Shown here one piece after another: positions 33,123 through 43,285 of a stretch of 64,000 nt of DNA (its first letter is position 1; the number at the start of each line of letters is the position of its first letter). The position numbers and the translations under genes were made by a program. The DNA comes from Ruminococcus sp. CAG:563 (GTDB taxonomy: Bacteria > Bacillota > Clostridia > Oscillospirales > Acutalibacteraceae), in the NCBI GenBank assembly GCA_000434915.1, contig FR882080.1, positions 26,377-90,376 of the forward strand. The letters run 5' to 3'. Below the pieces are notes generated by a model. The model worked only from the letters and a program-made list of their open reading frames with translations. It searched no databases and was not told where the DNA came from.

Positions 33123-36100
33123 TCAGCAAACATCTTTAATGAGGTCGATAAACCACTTGATTATCTTCACAAGAATCGAGATAAGCCAATCACGGATTTT
33201 TTCCCATTTTGTCTTGAGCTTCTGAACCTCGGTATTCTCGTTGCGCTTTGCGTGGCAGACCGTACATTCCTCATGTGCGATACCTTTTTCCGTCTCGGTC
33301 GCTTCCTTATCCGTCACCCATTCAAAGGTATGCTCACCCTTTTCGATTACGGAATCGCCGTACTTGCACTCTTTCCAGTGCTCGTTCTCGTCGAACTTCC
33401 AATCGCTGTAATCGTGAGCGGCATTTACGGTAATTTTGACCATTGCCATGTTAGCAAAAGAATCAACAGCAATAATCTTGAACTCACCGTTTGCGGGTTC
33501 AGCCGTATAATATCCGTCTGCGTCCGGCTCAACATTTTTGCCGTTTATTATTACGATTGCCGTACTCGATGTGTCATTGTCGGTTACCTTAAACTTCTGA
33601 GGTCCGCAATAAATCTTGCCGTTTTCAAGACCGATTATTACCGGCTTTTCGGTATCTCTCCAAACCGCACCGAGCGTAACCGTGTCAATGCTGTCGTCCT
33701 GAACAAGCTCGCCGTATGTGCAATTCAAAGTTGTTACGCTCAATTTCGGAGAAGCAATGTTCCAGCCGATGAATTCAAATCCTCCCTCTTTTGTCGGAGG
33801 AACAACACCGTCGAGAACCTTATCGTCCCAGTGGAGCGTCTTGTCGGCAACGGGAGTGCCGCCTCTTGTATCAAACTTAATCGTATAGGTTTTTGCCATC
33901 CACTCTGCCACCAGGGTAATTCCGCTTACCTTATCATCTGCAGCGAGGTCGGAAAACTTTGTATCTGACGAAACTGCCGAATCAGCGTACCTCCAGCCTG
34001 CGAATGTGTAGCCTGCCTTTGTCGGAGCCGAAACGCCGTCGAGCACCTTGTCGCTCCATGCGAGAAACTTATCCGCAACTGCCGTTCCGCCGTTTGAGTC
34101 AAAGCTTACGATATAACCGTTGGCTATCCACTTTGCCGTATAGGTAACAGTCTTGTTTATGAGGCTCGTCTGCTCCCAGCCTGAGAAGGTATAACCTGCT
34201 CGCACAACGTTTTCCGCCGTCGGGAGTGCAAGCGTTTCATTTGCTTTATAGCTTGTCGGTGCAGTGTAGCCCTCTGCCCATGCACCGCCGTCAAGGTCGT
34301 AAACAACGCTGACATCAACAGCCTTCGGGTTTAATTTGAGTGCAGGAACGACGCCCACGCCTGTGCCGTAAACTCCCTGACCGAGAGCCGCCCAGCCGTA
34401 GCTGCTGACGAGGTAAACCGTTTCGGCATCGCCCGGGGTACGAAGCCACCAATGCGGATAACCCTGGCTGATATATACGCCCTGACATTTTGAATAATCC
34501 GTACCTTTGAGCTTTCTTGCTTCGTCAAATTCCGAATTTGATGAGTTGAAGCCGTATGCGCTGTTAATTACATCGTCAAACGAGAGAATAAATATTTTAT
34601 CGCCCGTATCGGTGCCGAACCAAGTGCCGTCCGGGCTGTTATTCTCAAGGAACGTTGTGCCTATCAGCATCTTCTCCTCACGGGAGAATGCCGTGTTATA
34701 AAATGTCTTGTTGAGCCACCGTCTCAGTGAGCAGGTTTCCCAATCGGAGACATAATTTGTGAAGTCCTTGCTGTTATAAAGCTTATCGTCTTTTCTTATA
34801 ACGAAATTCTGATAAGACTGCGAGTCAATTACGTTATCGCACATAATATACCCCTCGTCGGGGTCAAGCACACGCCATGTCAGCGGTTCGTATTTAAAAT
34901 AATATACATTGTTCGGGTGATAGTCGTTGTCTTTCTGGTTAGAAAAAACATCTCCTTTTAATCCGCCGCCGGTGCCCGGTCTGTACTCCGAAAAAGTAAC
35001 CGCGCGGAACATTTCGCCGCCGCTGTAGAAATCCTTATACAGCATGAAATCGCCCGGCTCCATTTTGCCGTCAGTGCTATTGCCTGTTCCGCTGTAATAT
35101 TTATAGGAAACCCAAAGATAATTCTCCGAGTCCGCTTCAAGCTTTGCGACCTCATCGGCGTCCGTGACCTCGGACTGAGGATATGAGCCGAACTCGATTT
35201 TGCTGCCCTTAGCGAGCGTCGGCGTCTTCGGATTGAACTTGAACGCAGGAACAACGGCGTTATCGGTTCTGTTGACGTTGTAATAACCGCTGCCGCTGGA
35301 AACGATCCAACCGCCCGGAGCTACGCCAAAAGCGAATGCGCCGTAGAAACCCGTTGTACGCAGCCACCAATACGGAATGTTGCCGCCTGTATACGAAACA
35401 ACATCTGCACCTTGGCACATTGCATAATCCGTAGCCGGTCTTACTCTTGCAAGATCGCTGCGTGATCCGTCCTCATCAAAACCGTAATCGCTGTTCATTG
35501 CGTCAAAAACACTAATTGTAAAAATCTTATCAAAAGTGCCTGCACAGTCATATTTCGAACTAAACGGATTGTTGTTGTCAAGATAGGTTTTACCTATCTG
35601 AGCCTTTTCCTCCGCCGTGAAAGCGGTGTTGTAGAAATCCTTATTCAGCCACTCTCTCAGAGAGCTTTTTGACCAATCGTTAGCCAAATACTTGCAGTCC
35701 TTGCTATTATAAACCCTTTGTCCCAATGCGGAATCATAAGAGTCGGGATCATAATAGGAAAAGTTCTCAAAAGCCTGAGCGTCAATGGCAATATTGGACA
35801 TAACAAAGCCCTCTTCGGGGTCAAGAACCGTCCATGTCAGCGGCTCATACTTAAAGAAGTAAGTCGTGTTCAGCTCGTAGCCGTTATTGTCTTGAGCCGA
35901 AGTAGCCTCGGATGAAACATCGCTCGTTACCTTAGGACGGTACTGCGAGAATCTGACCGCACGGTATTTTTCGCCGTTCAGCTTAAGATCGGCATACTTC
36001 ATGTAGTCCGACGCTGTCATTTTGCCGTCATACTCCGTTCCCGTGCCGATGTAGTAGTCATATGACACCCACACGTCGTCGGTCAGGAAGCCGTCAAGTA

Positions 36101-36278
36101 CCGAAATGATCCTTGGATTGGTCACCTTTGACTGAGGATATGAACCGAATTCGATTATATCCCCTTTCTGATAACCGCCGTCCGCCGTGTCGGCAGCCAT
36201 CGTGACAGGTGCAATGCTCAGGAGCATGCACACCGCCAAAATGACGGTAAAAATCCGTTTCATTGTTTGTTTTTTCAT
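33123..36278 (-). CDS. Large secreted multi-domain protein: tandem roughly 320-aa 'EFGSYPQS...WWLRT' modules plus Listeria-Bacteroides-type repeats, an Ig-like region and a Cys/His-rich C-terminal segment
   Basis: Signal peptide 'MKKQTMKRIFTVILAVCMLLSIAPVTMA'; two homologous modules; three 'GYTF(S/A)GW' repeats; C-terminal 'HEECTVCH' and a 'KWFIDLIK' tail. Confidence 0.6.
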   Translation of the reverse strand: MKKQTMKRIFTVILAVCMLLSIAPVTMAADTADGGYQKGDIIEFGSYPQSKVTNPRIISVLDGFLTDDVWVSYDYYIGTGTEYDGKMTASDYMKYADLKLNGEKYRAVRFSQYRPKVTSDVSSEATSAQDNNGYELNTTYFFKYEPLTWTVLDPEEGFVMSNIAIDAQAFENFSYYDPDSYDSALGQRVYNSKDCKYLANDWSKSSLREWLNKDFYNTAFTAEEKAQIGKTYLDNNNPFSSKYDCAGTFDKIFTISVFDAMNSDYGFDEDGSRSDLARVRPATDYAMCQGADVVSYTGGNIPYWWLRTTGFYGAFAFGVAPGGWIVSSGSGYYNVNRTDNAVVPAFKFNPKTPTLAKGSKIEFGSYPQSEVTDADEVAKLEADSENYLWVSYKYYSGTGNSTDGKMEPGDFMLYKDFYSGGEMFRAVTFSEYRPGTGGGLKGDVFSNQKDNDYHPNNVYYFKYEPLTWRVLDPDEGYIMCDNVIDSQSYQNFVIRKDDKLYNSKDFTNYVSDWETCSLRRWLNKTFYNTAFSREEKMLIGTTFLENNSPDGTWFGTDTGDKIFILSFDDVINSAYGFNSSNSEFDEARKLKGTDYSKCQGVYISQGYPHWWLRTPGDAETVYLVSSYGWAALGQGVYGTGVGVVPALKLNPKAVDVSVVYDLDGGAWAEGYTAPTSYKANETLALPTAENVVRAGYTFSGWEQTSLINKTVTYTAKWIANGYIVSFDSNGGTAVADKFLAWSDKVLDGVSAPTKAGYTFAGWRYADSAVSSDTKFSDLAADDKVSGITLVAEWMAKTYTIKFDTRGGTPVADKTLHWDDKVLDGVVPPTKEGGFEFIGWNIASPKLSVTTLNCTYGELVQDDSIDTVTLGAVWRDTEKPVIIGLENGKIYCGPQKFKVTDNDTSSTAIVIINGKNVEPDADGYYTAEPANGEFKIIAVDSFANMAMVKITVNAAHDYSDWKFDENEHWKECKYGDSVIEKGEHTFEWVTDKEATETEKGIAHEECTVCHAKRNENTEVQKLKTKWEKIRDWLISILVKIIKWFIDLIKDVC

Positions 36279-36469
36279 TTATTTGCCTCCCTTGTATAGG
36301 ATTGTAATCCAATTATAATACATTCATCTGCGTTTGTAAATAAGTTTAGCACAATTTTTGTTTTTTTATTAAATAAATTTTCTTTTTGAGGGTAATACTG
36401 GCTATGGCAGTAATCCGAACGGCAGATATAATTTGTTCTATACCTGCCGTCCTACGCAATATTTTCGAT

Positions 36470-36667
36470 TTACTTAATTCTTTTTGTTTTCGGGTTCTTT
36501 TTCACTGAATCCGGAATATCGTCATGAAGTATATAATCTTCATTCGGGTCATGCACAAGGTCTAAATCCAAGTTTAGAAGTTCATTATCCGTTTCGCACC
36601 GTTTACAGAGGTGTTCGCCCTCCTGAACAGGCAGCCCGCACCGTTTACAAAGGTCGTATTTTCTCAT
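36470..36667 (-). CDS. Small zinc-ribbon protein
   Basis: 65 aa, CKRC...CKRC pair; lies directly downstream of cdr on the same strand. Confidence 0.4.
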   Translation of the reverse strand: MRKYDLCKRCGLPVQEGEHLCKRCETDNELLNLDLDLVHDPNEDYILHDDIPDSVKKNPKTKRIK

Positions 36668-36713
36668 ACTCTATTCCTCCTTTTAAGCAATGCCGCATAA
36701 ATCTGTATACGTT

Positions 36714-38408
36714 TTAAATATATACTCCGCAGTCAAGCTGACCCTCCTTGTCAAATCTATCCTTTCTGAAGCATTCGTAGAACCTGTATCCGCCGGCAAA
36801 GCTGTAGCAGTCAAATCCCTCCTGAGCCAGTATTCGGGAAGCTATATAGCTGCGAAGTCCGGACTGACAGACAATATATACCGGCTTTTCTTTATCAAGC
36901 TCGTTTATTCTGTCTCTGAGCTCGTCTATCGGAATCAGCCTGTCAAAGCCGTCAATCTTTCCTGATGAATGTTCCTCCTCGGTCCTGACATCTATCCTCT
37001 GGATATCTTCTCTGTCCTTAAGCTTTGCAATGTCCTCACAGTAAAACAGCTTAACCTTTCCCGTCAAAACGTTTTCGGAAATATATCCGACCATGTTTAT
37101 CGGGTCCTTCGCCGAAGAAAACGGCGGCGCATATGCAAGATCGATATCCTTGAGAGTAACGATGTCACCGCCGGACTGCATAACAGCCGCAAGAACATCT
37201 ATTCGCTTATCAACCCCGTCATATCCGATGACCTGTGCCCCGATTATCTTCCATGTGTTTATGTTAAACAGCACTTTCATAGTCATAAGATGTGCTCCGG
37301 GATAATATGCCGCATGGGACGGAGGCGAAAGAATTACCTTTTCATAAGGAATATCAAGATCTTTTGCCCATTTTTCATTCAATCCCGTAGACGCCGCGGT
37401 CAGGTCGTATATTTTGATTATTGATGTTCCCGATGCGCCTTTGTACCTGCTGTCATATCCTGCAATGTTATCCGCCGCTATACGTCCCTGCTTGTTCGCC
37501 GGACCCGCAAGAGGAACAGAGGTTCTTTTTCCCGTGACAAAGCTTTTTATTTCAACAGCGTCTCCGACTGCGTATATATCCGGATCCGAGGTCTGCATAT
37601 GTCTGTTGACCTTAATCGCTCCCCTGCCGCCAAGCTCAAGACCGGCAGCCTTTGCAAGTCCGCTTTCGGGAGTTATTCCTATCGCCATCAATACCATATC
37701 CGTTTCAATAACGTCACCGTTATCAAGATTGACAATGATGCCTTCCTCAACACTTTCAAAACCGGAAACCGTTCTGTTCAGGCGAAGATCAAAGCCGTTC
37801 TCCTTTAAATGAGAATGAACAAAGCCCGCCATGTCACGGTCAAACTGCGGCAACACCTGATCCGCAGCGTCAACAAGCGTTATATGAATGCCGAGGCTCC
37901 AAAGATTCTCCGCTGCTTCAAGTCCGATAAAGCCTCCGCCGATCACCACCGCCGACATGATATCGTTATAGTCCACCCCGTTTTTTATATGGAGCGCGTC
38001 CTCTATGGTTCTCAAGGTGTATATTCTCGAATCGTTTATTCCGGGGATATCCGGAATTATCGGGACGGCTCCCGGAGCCAGTATCAGCTTATCATAGCTC
38101 TCCCGGTACTCCTCGTCCGTCTCAAGCTTTTTTATTGCAACTTCTTTTTGCTCTCTGTCTATCGAAACGGCTTCATGCAGAGTACGCACTTCTATTCTGT
38201 AGCGTGACCATAATGTTTCGGGGGTCTGCAAGGTCAGCTCGTGCTCGTCCTTTATCAATCCTCCTATATAGTACGGAAGTCCGCAATTCGCATACGAGAC
38301 AAAGCCGGATCTTTCCAGAATGATAATCTCCGCTTTCTCGTCAAGCCTTCTGATTCTTGCCGCCGCAGTTGCTCCGCCGGCTACTCCTCCGATAATTACT
38401 ACTTTCAT
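36714..38408 (-). CDS. cdr: CoA-disulfide reductase / NADH oxidase family with a C-terminal rhodanese domain
   Basis: 'VVIIGGVAGGATAA' FAD motif, redox Cys in 'SYANCGLPY', C-terminal rhodanese 'YIVCQSGLRS'. I place the start at 38408 (the track's ORF runs to 38459). Confidence 0.8.
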   Translation of the reverse strand: MKVVIIGGVAGGATAAARIRRLDEKAEIIILERSGFVSYANCGLPYYIGGLIKDEHELTLQTPETLWSRYRIEVRTLHEAVSIDREQKEVAIKKLETDEEYRESYDKLILAPGAVPIIPDIPGINDSRIYTLRTIEDALHIKNGVDYNDIMSAVVIGGGFIGLEAAENLWSLGIHITLVDAADQVLPQFDRDMAGFVHSHLKENGFDLRLNRTVSGFESVEEGIIVNLDNGDVIETDMVLMAIGITPESGLAKAAGLELGGRGAIKVNRHMQTSDPDIYAVGDAVEIKSFVTGKRTSVPLAGPANKQGRIAADNIAGYDSRYKGASGTSIIKIYDLTAASTGLNEKWAKDLDIPYEKVILSPPSHAAYYPGAHLMTMKVLFNINTWKIIGAQVIGYDGVDKRIDVLAAVMQSGGDIVTLKDIDLAYAPPFSSAKDPINMVGYISENVLTGKVKLFYCEDIAKLKDREDIQRIDVRTEEEHSSGKIDGFDRLIPIDELRDRINELDKEKPVYIVCQSGLRSYIASRILAQEGFDCYSFAGGYRFYECFRKDRFDKEGQLDCGVYI

Positions 38409-38748
38409 ATGTGTGTCCTCCTTTACGCTTTCGGTAAAAAATATTAAGCAAAAACGCACAAGTCAATCCCGAAAGGACTTAACTTGTGCGTTATTTTGGC
38501 AGAAAGCCGCATGACCAATGATGCCCGATCCCGCTTCGGTATCGGCAGCTCTTTGAAAACATTCGATTTATGCGTTGTTTTAACATAATTCCACCTCTGC
38601 TGAAATAATTACATATATTGTAGATTTAATATACCATTTTTATTATCATAATGTCAATACTTTTGGAAAAAATGTTGATTTAATTCAATAAAAAAACGAT
38701 CTGCATATAAAAATGCAGACCGTTAATTATTCATATGCCGGAAAAGCG

Positions 38749-39171
38749 TCAGATCTTCTTACAGAAAGTGAAAATCTCCTCGGGAAGCTCTGCCTCGTCG
38801 GCAGAGATTGTGAATATGAAGCTCTTCTCCTCTACGTGGTTCTTACTGAGCTCATCAACCTTCTTAAGGAACTCGCAAAGCTCGCCGTAGTCACGGGTAC
38901 CGATTCTAAGCGTTGCATCAACAAGAACGTCCGTGATGTCATGGTCACCTGCGCAAATGCCGCAAAGGAAGCCGAAGAATGCGTCATAGCCGCTTACTTT
39001 GTAGTGGTCGGTATCAATAAGACGTGCACGATAATTTACATCATATGTGAGCTTGGGCTGCTTCTCAACGCAAACAACGTTGCCGTTTGAATTCTCAATA
39101 GCCTCGTTGACCTTCTCGATCAAAAGCTTTGTTTTTCCTGAACCTTTTTTACCTAAAATAAGAGATACCAT
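38749..39171 (-). CDS. Mini P-loop NTPase, function unknown
   Basis: 140 aa with Walker A 'GKKGSGKT' and a Walker-B-like 'DVLVDAT'. Confidence 0.4.
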   Translation of the reverse strand: MVSLILGKKGSGKTKLLIEKVNEAIENSNGNVVCVEKQPKLTYDVNYRARLIDTDHYKVSGYDAFFGFLCGICAGDHDITDVLVDATLRIGTRDYGELCEFLKKVDELSKNHVEEKSFIFTISADEAELPEEIFTFCKKI

Positions 39172-39248
39172 AATAATATCCTCCCTGTTTTTTTATTCTA
39201 ACATTCGTGTCACGCACGAAAATTATACGAAATTTGTGTGGCATTGCC

Positions 39249-40586
39249 TTAGCCTAATCTTGCCTCAAGCTCGGCCTTGCGATCCTCATATCCCGGCTTG
39301 CCGAGAAGAGCAAACATATTCTTCTTGTAGCTCTCAACGCCCGGCTGGTCAAACGGATTGATTCCGAGAATATAGCCGCTGACAGCGCATGCTTTCTCAA
39401 GGAAATAGATGAGATAGCCGAGATTGAATTCGTCCATCGCTTCAACCTCAAGCACGATGTTCGGAACGTCGCCGTCCGTGTGAGCGAGCAATGTGCCCTC
39501 AAAGGCCTTCTGATTAACAAACGAGACAGTCTTTCCTGCGAGGAAATTAAGTCCGTCGGCACTGCCCTCTTCGTTCTTTATTTCAACCTCCGACTTTGAC
39601 TTTGCAAAGTGGACAACGGTTTCAAAAAGATGTCTTTCACCCTCCTGGATATACTGACCCATTGAATGAAGGTCGGTCGAGAAAATCGCCGAAGCCGGGA
39701 ACAGACCCTTGTTCTCCTTGCCCTCGCTCTCGCCGTAAAGCTGCTTGAACCATTCATTCATCATCGTGTATGCCGGCTCATAGCTGACCATCATTTCAAT
39801 CTTTTTGCCGCTTCTGTAAAGGAGATTTCTCGTTGCTGCGTACTTGTAGCAGTCATTCTTTTCAATATCCTTGTCGCAAAGCTCATTCATTGCAGCGGCA
39901 GCGCCCTGCATGATAGCGTCAATGTCGATTCCCGCAACGGCAATCGGAAGAAGTCCGACAGCAGTAAGAACCGAGTAACGTCCGCCGACATCATCGGGAA
40001 CAACGAAGGTCTCATAGCCCTCTGCATCCGCAAGAGCCTTGAGCGTTCCTCTCGCCTTGTCCGTAGTAGCATAGATACGCTTTGCCGCTTCATCTGCACC
40101 GTACTTGCTCTCGAGCATCTCTCTGAAAATTCTGAAAGCGACCGCCGGCTCGGTGGTTGTGCCCGACTTTGAAATAACGTTGACAGAAAAGTCTCTGTCG
40201 CCGATTATCTCAACAAGCTCGTTAATCGAAGCCGAACTGATCGTATTACCTGCGAAATAGATTTCCGGTGCACCGTGTCTAAGCAGATTATAGTTCTGCG
40301 ACTTGATGAATTCAATCGCCGCTCTCGCTCCGAGGTACGAACCGCCTATTCCGATTACTACAAGAACCTCAGAATCCTTTCTGATTTTTTCAGCCGATGC
40401 TTTGATTCTTGCAAATTCTTCCTTATCATAGTTTTCCGGAAGGCTGAGCCATCCGAGGAAGTCATTTCCTTTGCCCGTTCCGTTGTGAAGCTCGTCGTGT
40501 GCGGCTTCAACCTCCGACCTGATGTCGGCATATGCGTTTTCCTTGAGGAACGGAGTTACATATTTTGTGTTTAACTTTACAGACAT
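39249..40586 (-). CDS. pgi: Glucose-6-phosphate isomerase
   Basis: 445 aa, Firmicute-type PGI ('[13 protein letters not shown]', '[11 protein letters not shown]'). Confidence 0.9.
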   Translation of the reverse strand: MSVKLNTKYVTPFLKENAYADIRSEVEAAHDELHNGTGKGNDFLGWLSLPENYDKEEFARIKASAEKIRKDSEVLVVIGIGGSYLGARAAIEFIKSQNYNLLRHGAPEIYFAGNTISSASINELVEIIGDRDFSVNVISKSGTTTEPAVAFRIFREMLESKYGADEAAKRIYATTDKARGTLKALADAEGYETFVVPDDVGGRYSVLTAVGLLPIAVAGIDIDAIMQGAAAAMNELCDKDIEKNDCYKYAATRNLLYRSGKKIEMMVSYEPAYTMMNEWFKQLYGESEGKENKGLFPASAIFSTDLHSMGQYIQEGERHLFETVVHFAKSKSEVEIKNEEGSADGLNFLAGKTVSFVNQKAFEGTLLAHTDGDVPNIVLEVEAMDEFNLGYLIYFLEKACAVSGYILGINPFDQPGVESYKKNMFALLGKPGYEDRKAELEARLG

Positions 40587-40702
40587 TATCTGTATGCCTC
40601 CGATTTTGTTTTCTTATTAGTTGGTTATATTTTACCCTATTTAACTTGTTTTTTCAAGTGGTATTTAGCATTTTTTACGCAGTTTGCATAAAAAATACAC
40701 AC

Positions 40703-41881
40703 TCAGTTCACACTAATGGGCTGCTGCGGCTTGCAAATCGAGCATATCATGCGGATAAACACCGTCTTAAAGCTGAGCTTTTCGACGTAATGCGGCGCAG
40801 TCAGCTTATATTCGCCGAGCCTTTTGCCGTCCAGCTTGACCGTCACGGTGCCCAAGGTTTGATTTGATTCAACAGGTGCTTCAACCGCGGCGGCAAGGTC
40901 AATTTCCTGAGTAATATTTTTCTGCTTACCCTTAGGAATAAGGAACTGCGAACCGCCCGAGATTTGCGGCGTGAGTGTTTTCTCCTCTCCCTTGATGATA
41001 TTCACGTTTGTAATCAGCGATTTGTCGATCTCCGGCGTTACGGTTTCATAGTTTGCAAAACCCCAGTTTAGCATTGCCTTTGCACCCTCGAAGCGGTCCT
41101 TGCTGTTGTCCGCACCCATCACGACGGCTATGAGGCTTGTTCCGTTTCTCGTTGCCGTTGCAGAAATACAGCAGCCGGCCTTTGATGTCGTACCTGTTTT
41201 CAGACCCGTTGCACCCTCATAAAATCGAATCAGCTTGTTTGTGTTGACAAGCTCGGTTTTGCCGTCACGAAGCGAATCCATCCATATTTTTGTGTACTGC
41301 TGAATAAACCGGTGCTTCATCAGCTCCCTTGACATCAGTGCGATATCATACGCCGTTGTCAAATGCGTGGTTGACGTGTCGTCAAGCCCCGTGCAGTTGT
41401 CAAAATGAGTGTCTTTCATGCCCAGCTCATGTGCACGGTCATTCATCATCGTAACAAACGCTTCGTCACTGCCTGCTATATATTCGCCGAGAGCGGTACA
41501 TGCGTCGTTTGCGCTGTAAACGGCAGTTGCCTTGAGAAGCTCATCAACGGTCATTGTTTCGCCCTCTTTAAGCCAAATCTGCGAGCCACCCTTTTTTGAC
41601 GCATTGGTGCTCGCCGTCACCTCGTCAGTCAGCCTTATCGTGTTGGAATCTATCGCTTCGGCCACCAACAGCATAGACATGATTTTCGTCACCGACGCAG
41701 GATAGAGCTTTTCGTTTTCGTTCATTCGCATGAGTACCGTTCCGGTTGTTTGATCCATCAGAACAGCCGATTTCGCCTTGATATCAACCGGCATCATTGA
41801 ATCATTCTCCGCCGAAGCGAAAACGCCGAACAATCCGAACGTCATAATAACGCTTAATAAAATTACAGTTGCTTTTTTCAT
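40703..41881 (-). CDS. dacB: D-alanyl-D-alanine carboxypeptidase, peptidase S11 (DacB/DacF-like)
   Basis: Signal peptide plus the SVTK, SANDA and KTGTT active-site triad motifs. Confidence 0.8.
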   Translation of the reverse strand: MKKATVILLSVIMTFGLFGVFASAENDSMMPVDIKAKSAVLMDQTTGTVLMRMNENEKLYPASVTKIMSMLLVAEAIDSNTIRLTDEVTASTNASKKGGSQIWLKEGETMTVDELLKATAVYSANDACTALGEYIAGSDEAFVTMMNDRAHELGMKDTHFDNCTGLDDTSTTHLTTAYDIALMSRELMKHRFIQQYTKIWMDSLRDGKTELVNTNKLIRFYEGATGLKTGTTSKAGCCISATATRNGTSLIAVVMGADNSKDRFEGAKAMLNWGFANYETVTPEIDKSLITNVNIIKGEEKTLTPQISGGSQFLIPKGKQKNITQEIDLAAAVEAPVESNQTLGTVTVKLDGKRLGEYKLTAPHYVEKLSFKTVFIRMICSICKPQQPISVN

Positions 41882-42004
41882 AATAAGCCTCCCTTTCACT
41901 GTCGCACACAATAAATATATGCCCCGTTAACGGCAAATAAAACTTGCACTATATGCTGTTTTGCTTTATAATAATCTTTTAGATTACCAAACGGAGCTGA
42001 TAAT

Positions 42005-43285
42005 ATGAAAATTGCATTCTACACACTGGGCTGTAAGGTCAACCAATATGAATCCCAGGCAATGTCCGAAAAAGCGGCAGCAAACGGCTTTGAAATAGTC
42101 ACGACCGACGAAGAAGCGGACATTTATGTTGTCAACTCCTGCACCGTTACCGCCGAGAGCGACCGTAAAACACGTCAGGCTGTCAGGAAGTTTAAGCGTA
42201 ATCACCCCGAAAGCATAGTCGTGCTCACGGGCTGTATGCCGCAGGCATTTCCGCAGGATGCCGAACGCCTTGAACAGGCGGATATCGTGCTCGGCAACAA
42301 GAATAATTCAAGACTTTTCGATTTGATTCACAGCTATTTCAGCTGCGGCCAACGCATAATCGACATCGAGGAACACAAGACCGGCGACAAATTCTCGGGC
42401 GGCGATATTTCCGGATTTGACCGCAGGACAAGAGCCGTTGTAAAAATTGAAGACGGCTGTAACCGTTTCTGCTCCTATTGTATTATTCCCTATTCGAGAG
42501 GCCGTGTGCGTTCCAAACCGATCGACGAGCTTAAATGCGAGCTTCAAAGACTCAGCGATGCCGGCTTTGCCGAGGTTGTTCTGGTCGGAATTAACCTCTC
42601 GGCCTACGGCACGGATATAGGACTGAGCATCTGTGATGCCGTTGAGCTTGCCGACAGGCTGAATTTCAGCCGTGTACGTCTCGGCTCGCTTGAACCCGAC
42701 CACATCACCGATGAAGTGATTGAAAGACTCGCAAAGCTTCCGAGCTTCTGTCCTCAGTTTCATATCTCGCTTCAAAGCGGCTGCGACAACACACTCAAAG
42801 CGATGAACCGTCACTACAGTGCGGAGGATTATTTTAAGCTTTGCAAAAAACTGCGAGCAAGCTTCCCCGATGCGACGATTACGACCGATATAATGGTCGG
42901 TTTCCCGACAGAGAGTGAGGAGGATTTTGCCGAAAATGTCCGCTTCGCACAGAAGGTCGGATTTGAAAAGGTTCATGTGTTCCCCTACTCTCCCCGTGAG
43001 GGTACAAAAGCTGCCAAAATGCCGCAGATTGAAAAGGCGATTAAAGAAAAGCGCAGTCATATCATGATAGAAAAGACCGAGGAAATAAGACAGGAATTTC
43101 TCAAATCACAGATAGGCAAAACCGTTGAGGTTCTCTTTGAAACGAGACATTCCGACGGATATATCGAGGGCTATACAAAGAATTACACTCCGGTCAAGGT
43201 CAAAGGCGATCTGCCCTGCAGCGAGATATCAAAAATAAAAATAACCGCCGTTGACGGCGATTTCTGTGTAGGACAAAAGATATGA
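42005..43285 (+). CDS. mtaB: tRNA t6A37 methylthiotransferase (radical SAM, MtaB-like)
   Basis: 'KIAFYTLGCKVNQYESQ' MTTase N-domain and the radical-SAM 'CNRFCSYC' motif. Confidence 0.75.
   Translation: MKIAFYTLGCKVNQYESQAMSEKAAANGFEIVTTDEEADIYVVNSCTVTAESDRKTRQAVRKFKRNHPESIVVLTGCMPQAFPQDAERLEQADIVLGNKNNSRLFDLIHSYFSCGQRIIDIEEHKTGDKFSGGDISGFDRRTRAVVKIEDGCNRFCSYCIIPYSRGRVRSKPIDELKCELQRLSDAGFAEVVLVGINLSAYGTDIGLSICDAVELADRLNFSRVRLGSLEPDHITDEVIERLAKLPSFCPQFHISLQSGCDNTLKAMNRHYSAEDYFKLCKKLRASFPDATITTDIMVGFPTESEEDFAENVRFAQKVGFEKVHVFPYSPREGTKAAKMPQIEKAIKEKRSHIMIEKTEEIRQEFLKSQIGKTVEVLFETRHSDGYIEGYTKNYTPVKVKGDLPCSEISKIKITAVDGDFCVGQKI

Noticed and set aside
33066-33968. 300-aa plus-strand ORF
   Set aside because: It is entirely antisense to the well-supported 1051-aa secreted-protein gene, with a Cys/Arg-rich low-complexity translation, and is probably spurious. 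The same reasoning applies to the other antisense track ORFs: 583-1233, 3576-4208, 4307-4876, 4582-5061, 10032-10466, 10941-11645, 12230-13213, 18475-19569, 22110-22550, 23395-24492, 36969-38207, 39666-40172, 42308-43060, 48541-49301, 51983-52993, 55507-56271 and 59452-60285.
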